Part shown: piece by piece, positions 24,315-32,000 of the stretch
Position numbering within the stretch: position 1 is the stretch's first letter
Layout of the letters: every line of letters starts with the position of its first letter
NCBI GenBank assembly: GCA_037444445.1
Contig: JBBIMK010000006.1
Location: forward strand, 1-32,000
DNA from: a bacterium
GTDB lineage: Bacteria; UBP7; UBA6624; JBBIMK01
DNA length: 32,000 nt
Reading direction: 5' to 3'
Position numbers and translations under genes: made by a program
Notes under the pieces: model-generated
What the model saw: the letters and a program-made list of their open reading frames with translations, nothing else
The model's database searches: none
Told to the model about the DNA's origin: nothing

Positions 24315-25961
24315 ATGGCGAGAGGCCGCCACCAACTACCGCTGTGGGAAGTGTCCAGCCAGGAGCAGAACCTCACCTCCTTCCCCACCATTGAAGGCAC
24401 GGTGGGAGAATATCTCCAGCATCTGGAACAGACTTATCCCTTCAGGTCCTGTCAGTATCTTCAAAGAGCGGTAGCCCGGTCCATAGAGCGTGTGAATCCT
24501 GAGGAACTTACACAATCTTTGCTGGCGGATTTTTTGCTCCGATTCGCTCACCGCCACTTGCAAGAGTCCATCTACGACCCGGAATGCGGGTATGGAACCC
24601 TTCTGCTGGCAGGGTATCGGCATAAAGAGGCGGAGGACCCAACCTTGAAATCTTCCGAAATCTTACAATGGCTGAATGGCTCCACGGGCGGGAAACCTGA
24701 AAGGAAAAACGAGCATAAGATGAAGATAGCAGGGCTACGACTCCGCCTTCGGGGCTGGACTGAGGGTCATCCCCTGCCTGCACTGGACTTTCCCTCTTCC
24801 CCTCCCTATGATGTGCTCTCTTCCCTCACTATCTTCTCCCATCCACTGTCTCTGTTGAAATCCTTGAAGAGGCTATCCCATCCCCATTCCCGTTATGCTC
24901 TGTTGATTCATCCGGAGGCTTTACTGCAACCTTCTCTCCAGCAGGAATTACTCAAAGGGTTCCATCTCCATCATTTGATATCATTTAGCGAGCCCTGTTT
25001 CAAAAGGGCGCCTGCGGGAATCCTGATGGAGCATGCTTCTGAAGATTCTTCCACCTCGCATCGGGATGCTTCTGTGGTGCAGTTTATCCAGCTGAAAAAG
25101 AGCCTGAAAGAGATATTTTCCTGCCCGAGCGAAGCATGGGAACGAGAAAGAGAGCGCCTGAAAGAGGTGGATTATTTTCTTCGCCGGATGTCACTCAAAA
25201 AAGAATTTTTTGAGAATGAGGATTTTCGAGTATTTATTACTTCCCGAAAGCGGCTTCAAGAAACCCCTTCCTGCTGGTTATTCTACCTAACAGCTTCTTC
25301 TCTGGCTTTGCAGATGTGGGAATCCAGCTATCCTTTCCTCATTCCTCTTTCAGAATGTGGCGACCTTTATCCCCTTACCGAACTTTCCAGCCTTCCTCCT
25401 TCAGCGATTCTGTTAACGCCCGAAGGGCGATTTTATCCTTTCACGCCGTCGGAGAGTGCTTTTCACGAGGCACCCGGCAGCGAATCCGCCCATATTTTAA
25501 TTTTGAAAAACCGCCACCCGGAAATCCCTTTCCTCTGCCAGTTGTGGAATAGCATCCCCTGCCGTTATCTGTTTCTCCAGCAGGTCGCTACTGGCGTGGG
25601 AAAAAGAAAGGAAAACCCGGGAGAGGTTCGGGTGGTTCATCCCGAGTTCCTGGGGCGTCGCACTCGGGAGCAATTGAAACTACATACCTCTTCATCCTCC
25701 TCCTCGGACCTCTTAATGACTGATGAAGTGGAACCTCTTTCAGAGCCTCGCTGGAACCTGGATGTCTTCGTCATCAGGGAAGTCTTTCAAAGGAGCGCTG
25801 ATGACCTGTATCTGATGATGACACAGACCCGGCCTTCGTGGACTCTGAAAAAGGCGAAAAATCCTCGCTTGCACCCAAAGAGAGAAGAGCAAGGGGTTTC
25901 TTCTTTTACCCCGAATCCCTCCTGTGAGCCGAATTTCCCCCTTTTCACAGCCCCTCGGTGA
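24315..25961 (+). CDS. Putative gamma-class SAM-dependent amino-methyltransferase-like protein (orphan; divergent)
   Basis: Motif I-like SIYDPECGYGTLLLAGY. About 70 aa later comes motif IV-like DFPSSPPYD, then RYALLIHPEALL...LLKGFHLHHLISF...FKRAPAGILMEH, resembling Eco57I/TaqI-type MTase motifs V-VIII. ATG at 24315 (or TTG at 24309). Confidence 0.4.
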   Translation: MARGRHQLPLWEVSSQEQNLTSFPTIEGTVGEYLQHLEQTYPFRSCQYLQRAVARSIERVNPEELTQSLLADFLLRFAHRHLQESIYDPECGYGTLLLAGYRHKEAEDPTLKSSEILQWLNGSTGGKPERKNEHKMKIAGLRLRLRGWTEGHPLPALDFPSSPPYDVLSSLTIFSHPLSLLKSLKRLSHPHSRYALLIHPEALLQPSLQQELLKGFHLHHLISFSEPCFKRAPAGILMEHASEDSSTSHRDASVVQFIQLKKSLKEIFSCPSEAWERERERLKEVDYFLRRMSLKKEFFENEDFRVFITSRKRLQETPSCWLFYLTASSLALQMWESSYPFLIPLSECGDLYPLTELSSLPPSAILLTPEGRFYPFTPSESAFHEAPGSESAHILILKNRHPEIPFLCQLWNSIPCRYLFLQQVATGVGKRKENPGEVRVVHPEFLGRRTREQLKLHTSSSSSSDLLMTDEVEPLSEPRWNLDVFVIREVFQRSADDLYLMMTQTRPSWTLKKAKNPRLHPKREEQGVSSFTPNPSCEPNFPLFTAPR

Positions 25962-26425
25962 AGTCTCTCTGGATTCTTTTCCTCTCCCTCACGCCGGTAT
26001 CAGAAAATCGCGGCGCCATTCTCTATGCGTCCGCCCAGAATATTCCTCTCCTCCCGGTTTTTCTGCTTTCCACCAGTTTGAACCTGATGATGATACCCAT
26101 ACTTCTATGGCTACTTCATTTCCTCTCCCTGTCGGACCGTTTTTATACTTTTTGGGAGCGCTGGACACGGAAAAAAGCCCGCACTCTTCAAAACCTTATG
26201 GAAAAATATGGATGGGTAGGTTTGACCCTGTTCGTGGCTGTGCCTCTTCCTGGAACTGGATTTTATAGCGGTTGCCTTCTGGCAGCCCTCTTAGGATTGT
26301 CCAAAAGGAAATCTTTCCTCGCTATCGGGCTGGGAAATATCCTGGCAGGGTTCATCGTCCTTGCCTCTGTTGAAGGTGTAAAATTTACCTGGTTTCAGTG
26401 GCTGGCTCCATGGCTGAGGTCCTGA
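25958..26425 (+). CDS. Small membrane protein of the putative small-multidrug-export family (COG2426/PF06695-like)
   Basis: LSLTPVSENRGAILYA... and EKYGWVGLTLFVAVPLPGTGFYSG match the family signature FVAIPLPGTGAWTG. GTGA overlap with the upstream stop. Confidence 0.65.
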   Translation: MKSLWILFLSLTPVSENRGAILYASAQNIPLLPVFLLSTSLNLMMIPILLWLLHFLSLSDRFYTFWERWTRKKARTLQNLMEKYGWVGLTLFVAVPLPGTGFYSGCLLAALLGLSKRKSFLAIGLGNILAGFIVLASVEGVKFTWFQWLAPWLRS

Positions 26426-27066
26426 TTGTAGACCCGGAGAAAAATCGGGAAAATTATCAAGCCTGGCTGGAAAGTGCCCATCTCAAACCGGTCTGGCTGA
26501 AGCCGGGGGAGGAAATCCCAGACCCTCTCCGTTTTCTGGGCCTCCTCCTGCCTGGGGGGGGTGATATGGACCCTTCTTTCTATGGAGAAACGAATCGTTA
26601 CTCAAAAAATATCCATCCATCTCGTGACCGTTTAGAAGTAGATGTTCTCCACCGCTTCCTGAAAATCAGAAAGCCCATTCTGGGTATTTGTAGAGGAATC
26701 CAGGTAATCAATGTGGCTCTGGGCGGCACCCTGATTCAGGATTTGATGGCAGAGGCTGGTATTTTCGGTCATTCTCTTCCTGCTTCCCCTGACCGGGATA
26801 CCTACCACCTGATAGAGATTGCCGGAACTTCTTTCCTCTTCACTCGGGTAAATGAATCTTCGCTGGTGGTCAATAGCCACCACCATCAAGCCATCGGGAA
26901 ACTGGCGCCGGATTTGCAAGTTTCTGCCCGCTCCCTGAATGGCGTGATTGAGGCAGTGGAATCCAGTATCTACCCCAACCTTCTCGGTATTCAATGGCAT
27001 CCGGAACGTCTTCCCTTTTCCCACCCGGCATCGGATAAAATTCTCCGCCTTTTCACCCCACTATAG
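26410..27066 (+). CDS. Class I glutamine amidotransferase / peptidase C26 (gamma-glutamyl-GABA hydrolase PuuD-like)
   Basis: LLLPGGGDMDP, catalytic Cys in PILGICRGIQVINVALGG, SHHHQAI, and His in GIQWHPE. ATG at 26410 (or GTG at 26398). Confidence 0.85.
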   Translation: MAEVLIVDPEKNRENYQAWLESAHLKPVWLKPGEEIPDPLRFLGLLLPGGGDMDPSFYGETNRYSKNIHPSRDRLEVDVLHRFLKIRKPILGICRGIQVINVALGGTLIQDLMAEAGIFGHSLPASPDRDTYHLIEIAGTSFLFTRVNESSLVVNSHHHQAIGKLAPDLQVSARSLNGVIEAVESSIYPNLLGIQWHPERLPFSHPASDKILRLFTPL

Positions 27067-27120
27067 AACGGAAAATTTGACAACGGCAAGTTTTGGAAGT
27101 AGTATAATAGTAACTTCGTT

Positions 27121-28404
27121 ATGAGGAGAGGTGATGAAAAAGTGAAAAATTTGTTCAGGGGTGTGATTGTAGCAGTTTTTCTCGGAATAGGTATTTTGTT
27201 TTTTACGAGTTGTGGGGAGCAGGGAAATTTCTCGGAAAGTAACCTGCCGGAAATAGAAGAAATGGGTCCTGCAGGGATTATCGGGCCTCCACAGCCTTAC
27301 CTTCCCGATGAGGTTCTGGTAAAGTTCAAAGAGGAGGTTTCCGGTCGAATTCAGGAGGCTCTTTTCCAGCGGCTGGGCGCCGAGAAATTGGAAGAAATTC
27401 CTGCCATCGGAACCCTGCGATTAAAAATTCCAGCAGGAAAAGTGGAATCTCTGGTAAGGGAGTTGATGCAACAGCCTGGCGTGGAATATGCGGAGCCCAA
27501 TTACACCCGCCAGGCATTCCTGACACCCAATGATACTTATTGGAGCCTCCAATGGGGCTTGAATAACACCGGGCAATCCAGTTCCTGCTTTCCCGCCGGC
27601 ACAGCGGATGCGGATATTGACGGTCCAGAAGCGTGGAACATCACGACGGGCTCTTCCAGTGTGAAAATTGCCATTCTGGATACCGGCATACAGGCAAACC
27701 ATCCCGACCTGTCGGGCAAGGTGGTTGCCGCGAAGAGTTTTGTAGGCGGAAACCCAAATGATGGAAATGGGCACGGAACCCATGTGGCAGGCATTGCCTC
27801 CGCCATCACCAACAACGCCAGGGGGGTGGCGGGAACCTCCTGGGCATCGGTTCTGATGAATGGGAAAGTTCTGACTAACGCTGGCTATGGCTCCGCCTCT
27901 TCTTCCGCCAACGGAATCATCTGGGCGGCCGATAACGGCGCGAAAGTGATTAATATGAGTTATGGCTCTTCTTCCGCTTCTACCACGGAGCAAAATGCCG
28001 TCAATTACGCATGGAATAAGGGGGTTGTGCTGGTAGCCGCCGCTGGCAACAGCAACAGTTCTTCCAAACTTTACCCGGCTGCCTATACGAATGTCATCGC
28101 CGTCGCCGCTACTACGAACACGGATGTGAAAGCCTCCTTCTCCAACTACGGCAACTGGGTTCATGTGGCCGCTCCCGGATATTGCATCGCTTCCACTTAT
28201 AAAAATAATGGTTATGCCTGGGCAAGTGGAACCTCTATGTCTTCTCCTTTTACCGCCGGTGAAGCTGCCCTCATTTTCGCCCAATTTCCGTCTTACACCA
28301 ACGCACAGGTTCGCGACAAAATTTTCGCATCCGTGGATGCCATCTCTGGAACGGGCACCTACTGGGTATACGGTCGCATCAACCTTCATAAAGCAGTGCA
28401 ATAG
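27121..28404 (+). CDS. Subtilisin-like serine protease (peptidase S8) with I9 propeptide; probable lipoprotein
   Basis: Signal with a Cys (ILFFTSCGEQG). Propeptide VLVKFKEE...VEYAEPNY. Triad motifs IAILDTGIQANHPDL, HGTHVAGIASA, SGTSMSSPFTAGEAAL. Confidence 0.9.
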   Translation: MRRGDEKVKNLFRGVIVAVFLGIGILFFTSCGEQGNFSESNLPEIEEMGPAGIIGPPQPYLPDEVLVKFKEEVSGRIQEALFQRLGAEKLEEIPAIGTLRLKIPAGKVESLVRELMQQPGVEYAEPNYTRQAFLTPNDTYWSLQWGLNNTGQSSSCFPAGTADADIDGPEAWNITTGSSSVKIAILDTGIQANHPDLSGKVVAAKSFVGGNPNDGNGHGTHVAGIASAITNNARGVAGTSWASVLMNGKVLTNAGYGSASSSANGIIWAADNGAKVINMSYGSSSASTTEQNAVNYAWNKGVVLVAAAGNSNSSSKLYPAAYTNVIAVAATTNTDVKASFSNYGNWVHVAAPGYCIASTYKNNGYAWASGTSMSSPFTAGEAALIFAQFPSYTNAQVRDKIFASVDAISGTGTYWVYGRINLHKAVQ

Positions 28405-28579
28405 AAAACCCCACATCTTGCCCCTTTCGCCGGCACATTATCCGTTGATAGGGATGAGGATGCGGTAAAGGTGCCTTGGATAGGAGGAGTCGCTGTGCCT
28501 CCCTGTCCTTCATTGTGAGCAAAAAATACTCTCCCATCAAAGGGGAAGTGATATTCTTTATATCAGGCAGGGATGAGGA

Positions 28580-29050
28580 ATGAAGAACAAAATTTTCTGG
28601 GGTATGATAGGGAGCGTGATCCTGCTTTCCTCAGGAAGGGAGGCTGGTATGAATGGTGAAACAGGCTATCCACCCCTCGCACAAAAATTCGGCATAGAAT
28701 TCACCACGAATAAGCCTGCTTATAATCCAGGAGAAAAAATCCAGATGACGCTGAAAATAACCTGCACAACCTTCACCCCTTTCACTTTTCAATTCAATAG
28801 CGGTCAACGCTACGATTTCACCATTGAAAATGCAAGGGGAGAAGAGGTCTGGCGATGGAGCCGGGATAAGATGTTCATTCAAATACTGGGAGAAGAGAAG
28901 GTCGGAGGTACCCGAAAATCCCTCACCTATCGGGAAGTCTTTCAAGGGAATTTATCCACCGGTGTTTATCGCGTGACCGGACGCCTGACTTCCTCCAACG
29001 CTCCCCTGAGTTCCACGCTGACTTTTTTCGTGAACCCGAGAGGCAAGTAG
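28580..29050 (+). CDS. Secreted BsuPI-family (intracellular proteinase inhibitor Ipi-like) protein
   Basis: Signal peptide MKNKIFWGMIGSVILLSSG. FTFQFNSGQRYDFTIENARGEEVWRWSRDKMFIQILG...LSTGVYRVTGRL parallels B. subtilis Ipi (FQFSTGQKFELVVYD...YRYSKEKMFTQAFQ), as recalled from memory. Confidence 0.7.
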   Translation: MKNKIFWGMIGSVILLSSGREAGMNGETGYPPLAQKFGIEFTTNKPAYNPGEKIQMTLKITCTTFTPFTFQFNSGQRYDFTIENARGEEVWRWSRDKMFIQILGEEKVGGTRKSLTYREVFQGNLSTGVYRVTGRLTSSNAPLSSTLTFFVNPRGK

Positions 29051-29170
29051 AAAGAGTTGAACCTGAAGCCTTAAGGCGGTTGAAATTTTGGTTCATAGAT
29101 GAGGCGTGAGGTAGATTTTCCATAGAAAAGGGAAATTTCTTCACACCCCTCGTCTCAAAAGAAATTTTTA

Positions 29171-30027
29171 TTGTATGCAGGCACAGGCGGCGTTCTTGCC
29201 TTATTGGTGCTGTTTGGATGGTTCGTGGTCAAAGCCTTCTCCGGCCGAATCCCCATCCCTGCAGGGATTCCCCTCGGTTCTTTCACGATGCGTTACTATA
29301 GCCTGTGCCTGTTATTCGGCGTTCTGGCAGGTTACCTTTTAATCCGCCAGCGGATGGAACAGTATCAGGTAAGTGAAAATCTGCTTGCTGATTTTATCAC
29401 GGCAGGGATGATTTTTGGGCTTGTGGGCGCCCGTCTGGGGTATGTGCTACAGAATTTTTCCTGCTTTCTTTCCCACCCTCTTGAAATCCTCGGAATCACT
29501 CCACAGGGATTCCAGGGGATTGCCGGTCTATCCATACACGGTGCGTTGCTTTCCCTTCTCGCCTTTTTATTCCTTTTCCAGAAATGGAGAAGGGTTTCAG
29601 GGTTGAAAATGGGGGATTTTGCCGTTCCTTCACTGGCGCTGGGGCAAGCCATCGGACGCTGGGGAAATTTCTTTAATCAAGAACTCTACGGCTACCCCAC
29701 AAATCTACCCTGGAAAATGTATGTGGACGAGGCACACCGTTTGCGATTTTACAGGCAGGAGGCTTATTTTCATCCGGTCTTTCTTTATGAATCCCTGTAG
29801 AGTCTTTTCACCCTGGGGATATGGCTCCGGGTGGAGCGGAAGGGGTCTGAAAAGCCTGGAAATCTGATGTTTCTGTATGGGATTCTGTATATGGAATCGG
29901 ACGGTTCTGGGTGGAAATTTTCCGCATTGAGCCCCGGGAGATATTCGGGTTGAGTCGGGCGCAGGTTGTATCCTTACTCTTCGTGCTGGTCTTCGGTGGT
30001 TTGATTTTCTTCTGGCGTCGCCGGTAG
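29171..30027 (+). pseudogene. lgt: Prolipoprotein diacylglyceryl transferase (lgt) disrupted by an in-frame TAG and a 2-nt frameshift
   Basis: GRWGNFFNQELYG...HPVFLYESL then TAG at 29798-29800, where Lgt proteins usually have Trp (FLYESLW). The frame continues SLFTLGIWL...NLMFLYGILY. An extra TA at about 29889-29892 then shifts the frame, after which GIGRFWVEIFRIEPREIFGLSRAQVVSLLFVLVFGGLIFFWRRR runs to TAG 30025-30027. Confidence 0.8.
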
Positions 30028-30034
30028 ATAGCCC

Positions 30035-30063
30035 TTGCACTTTTCGCATCGGTGCGATAAAAT
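30035..30063 (+). promoter_or_regulatory. Sigma70-type promoter for the arsR-ATPase operon (TTGCAC-17 nt-TAAAAT)
   Basis: TTGCAC at 30035-30040, a 17-nt spacer, TAAAAT at 30058-30063. Inverted hexamers cgcatc (30045-30050) and gatgcg (30073-30078) bracket the -10 and the start codon, so they may be an operator. Confidence 0.45.
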
Positions 30064-30073
30064 AGTTGTATGG

Positions 30074-30472
30074 ATGCGCAATTATAAAAATATCCAGCCG
30101 GAAAAAATTTTTCAGGCGCTGGCTGACTCCACTCGTCTCCGCCTGCTGATGCTACTCCTGCATCACGAGAAAGAACTCTGTTGCTGTGAACTCTCGGATT
30201 CCCTCCACATCCCGGAATATGCCGTTTCTCGCCACATCAAAATCCTGCAATACAGCGGTCTGGTGGAAGCGCGAAAAGAAGGACGCTGGGTATATTACCG
30301 TCTTTCCCCCCGTCCCGGGAAATTCATTCAAAAAACTCTCCAGAATCTCTTGCTGTTAAAAGATTTATGGAAAGAAGACCGAAAATCCCTGCGAAAACGG
30401 CTGAAACTTCGGCAAAATGGGAAATGCGTGCTGGGACCCGCCCACCTCTCTTTACGGAGCAAAGAAAAATGA
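30074..30472 (+). CDS. ArsR/SmtB-family metal-responsive transcriptional repressor
   Basis: IFQALADSTRLRLLMLLL...ELCCCELSDSLHIPEYAVSRHIKILQYSGLVEARKEGRWVYYRL: wHTH plus an alpha3 Cys site like ELCVCDL of ArsR. ATG at 30074 is preferred because the promoter lies inside the longer track ORF. Confidence 0.85.
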   Translation: MRNYKNIQPEKIFQALADSTRLRLLMLLLHHEKELCCCELSDSLHIPEYAVSRHIKILQYSGLVEARKEGRWVYYRLSPRPGKFIQKTLQNLLLLKDLWKEDRKSLRKRLKLRQNGKCVLGPAHLSLRSKEK

Positions 30473-32000
30473 ACCCTCAGAAAACACTAACCCGATGGGT
30501 TTTTGAAGTTGAAGGAATGTGCTGCCCGGATGAAGTGTCCGTGCTTTATAAAAAACTGAAAGGGGTATCCGGCATTCTGAACTTTCATGCCGACCTTATT
30601 ACCCACAGGCTATTTCTGGAAGTTCAATCGGATAAGGTCTATCCTTTGGACATTGTGCGAGTTATCGGCGAGACGGGAATGAAAGTCAGGCAAATAACGC
30701 GCACCCCTGAAAAGAAACAACCGCGTGCCTGGTTCCAAAATCTCAGGCTATACTTTTTATTTCTATCTGGTGCTTTTATCGGGCTGGCATACGGCTTTCA
30801 TTTCCTTCTCCCCAACCCCTTCGCAGAAAAAATCCTATGGGGAGCAGGCATTCTAACTGGCGGGTATTATCCGGCGAAGATGGGGCTGGCAGCCCTTAGA
30901 ACCTTAACCCTGAACATTCGCACCTTGATGGTAGCCGGCGCGGCTGGCGCCATTGCCCTGAATCTCTGGGAAGAAGCCGCCCTCCTCGTGTTCATTTACT
31001 CTCTCGGAGATGTGCTGGAAATTTATGCGATGGAAAAGGCACGCGCCTCTTTACGGTATCTGATGAACCTGATGCCCGGCGTAGCCTTAACCCGCCGGGA
31101 TGGAAGAGAGGAAATCCTGCCCGTAGAATCCCTCGTTCCCGGCCACATTCTACTGATTCGGCCGGGGGAACGAATACCCATGGATGGCGTGGTGGTGAGC
31201 GGTTCATCTTTTGTGGATGAATCCACCATCACCGGGGAGCCTGTGCCCCGCTTCAAGCAAGAAGGGGATGAAGTCTTTGCGGGCACACTCAATCAACGGG
31301 GAGGGCTGGAAATCCGGGTCACCAAGCCCGCACAGAACACAACCCTCGCCCGAATCATCCACTCCATAGAAGAAGCCCAGGCAAAAAAATCTTCTTATCA
31401 GAGATTCGGGGAAGTGTTCGGAAAGTATTACACCCCGCTGATGTTTTTACTGGCTATCTTTTTGATGTTCTTTCCACCTCTATCTCTCCATGGAGATTGG
31501 AAATACTGGTTCTATCGGGGCCTGGTGTTGCTGGTGGTATCCTGCTCCTGCGGGTTAGCTCTTTCTGTGCCCATTAGTGTTGTAGCCGCCATCAGTCATG
31601 GAGCCAGGAAAGGCATTCTAATCAAAGGAGGAAAATATCTGGAACTGGCTGCGGGGTTGCAAGCCGTCGCGCTGGATAAAACCGGCACCCTGACGGTTGG
31701 GCTCCCTACCCTTTCAGATATACAGCCCGTCACGACCACTTATACACCGAAGGACCTTCTACGCCTCGCCGCTTCAATTGAATTCTACTCCGAGCATCCC
31801 TTCGGAGAAGCCATTGTGAGAAAAGCAAAAGAAGATGAAATCTCGCCGGATTCAGCGACCCATTTTCAGGCATATACCGGGGAAGGTGCCTCCGCGGTTC
31901 TGAACGGCACCACCTATTTTATCGGAAGCCACCGGATGTTCCACAGGTTACAAATTCCAGATGCAGAGGCTGAACCCATTGTTGCCCGACTGGAAGAGCA
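30469..32000 (+). CDS. Heavy-metal-translocating P1B-type ATPase (CadA/ZntA-like), 3' end beyond the window
   Basis: My own translation (this open-ended ORF is not in the track). N-terminal HMA domain VFEVEGMCCPDEV. TGEP in ITGEPVP. TM motif VVSCSCGLALSVP (CSC in place of CPC). Phosphorylation site ALDKTGTLT. ATGA overlap with arsR. Confidence 0.9.
   Translation, partial: MNPQKTLTRWVFEVEGMCCPDEVSVLYKKLKGVSGILNFHADLITHRLFLEVQSDKVYPLDIVRVIGETGMKVRQITRTPEKKQPRAWFQNLRLYFLFLSGAFIGLAYGFHFLLPNPFAEKILWGAGILTGGYYPAKMGLAALRTLTLNIRTLMVAGAAGAIALNLWEEAALLVFIYSLGDVLEIYAMEKARASLRYLMNLMPGVALTRRDGREEILPVESLVPGHILLIRPGERIPMDGVVVSGSSFVDESTITGEPVPRFKQEGDEVFAGTLNQRGGLEIRVTKPAQNTTLARIIHSIEEAQAKKSSYQRFGEVFGKYYTPLMFLLAIFLMFFPPLSLHGDWKYWFYRGLVLLVVSCSCGLALSVPISVVAAISHGARKGILIKGGKYLELAAGLQAVALDKTGTLTVGLPTLSDIQPVTTTYTPKDLLRLAASIEFYSEHPFGEAIVRKAKEDEISPDSATHFQAYTGEGASAVLNGTTYFIGSHRMFHRLQIPDAEAEPIVARLEE

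Noticed and set aside
24222-24335. Extension of the minus-strand ORF to 24335 (311 aa), as listed in the ORF track.
   Set aside because: The extension would overlap the divergent gene's start and removes the AT-rich divergent promoter region. The internal Met at 24221 gives a plausible signal peptide. The start remains uncertain.
29798-29800. TAG reassignment or read-through (a sense codon) to rescue lgt.
   Set aside because: Neighbouring well-supported genes end at TAG at the expected protein termini (9219-9221, 27064-27066, 28402-28404, 29048-29050). The gene also needs a separate frameshift, so decay or a sequence error is the simpler explanation.
1-32000. tRNA, rRNA, tmRNA, RNase P, SRP RNA and CRISPR arrays.
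   Set aside because: Scanning by eye for T-loop-like GGTTCGAAT/GTTCAAAT contexts, conserved RNase P/SRP/tmRNA boxes and regularly spaced direct repeats found nothing outside coding sequence. A covariance-model scan is still needed for certainty.

Overview
The window reads as a bacterial chromosomal segment, roughly 50% GC by eye (not computed). It is densely coded, with many 4-nt ATGA/GTGA start-stop overlaps. I saw no rRNA, tRNA, CRISPR array, transposase or integrase. Most genes are housekeeping or metabolic. On the plus strand at 2.4-9.2 kb: a DRE-TIM (isopropylmalate/homocitrate-synthase-like) enzyme, a Tat-signal aldo/keto reductase, a YfhO-type membrane glycosyltransferase, trmFO and a WecA/MraY-family GT4 transferase. 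On the minus strand at 9.2-15.0 kb: an MBL-fold hydrolase, an HdrB/HdrC-like pair, a thioredoxin-fold protein, a Cys-rich hypothetical and a secreted FAD-oxidoreductase-family protein. lutABC lies at 15.1-17.9 kb and rpmF-acp-rnc at 22.2-23.4 kb. Further right are a small-multidrug-export-like membrane protein, a class I amidotransferase (C26), an ArsR-family regulator and a 3'-truncated P1B heavy-metal ATPase. The least ordinary part is an accessory stretch at about 17.9-22.1 kb. A ~125-nt repeat occurs three times (11744-11867 inverted, 18027-18155, 20163-20237), each time promoter-proximal and upstream of an unrelated gene. The second and third copies, plus a near-identical signal-peptide-coding module, bracket a lower-GC secreted subtilase and BsuPI-like inhibitor cassette. 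Next come a decayed subtilase remnant and a very AT-rich block of four tandem 41-48-codon single-TM mini-ORFs plus a 257-aa polytopic membrane protein. A second subtilase/BsuPI-inhibitor pair lies at 27.1-29.1 kb, next to an lgt gene that carries both an in-frame TAG at a conserved Trp and a 2-nt frameshift. Other oddities are a P1B ATPase with CSC instead of CPC and a CCxxE N-terminal site, an orphan gamma-class methyltransferase-like ORF with DPxxGxG and SPPY motifs, and an uncharacterised HExxH protein with a secreted partner at the left edge. All family calls come from motif recognition by eye. No database search was run.
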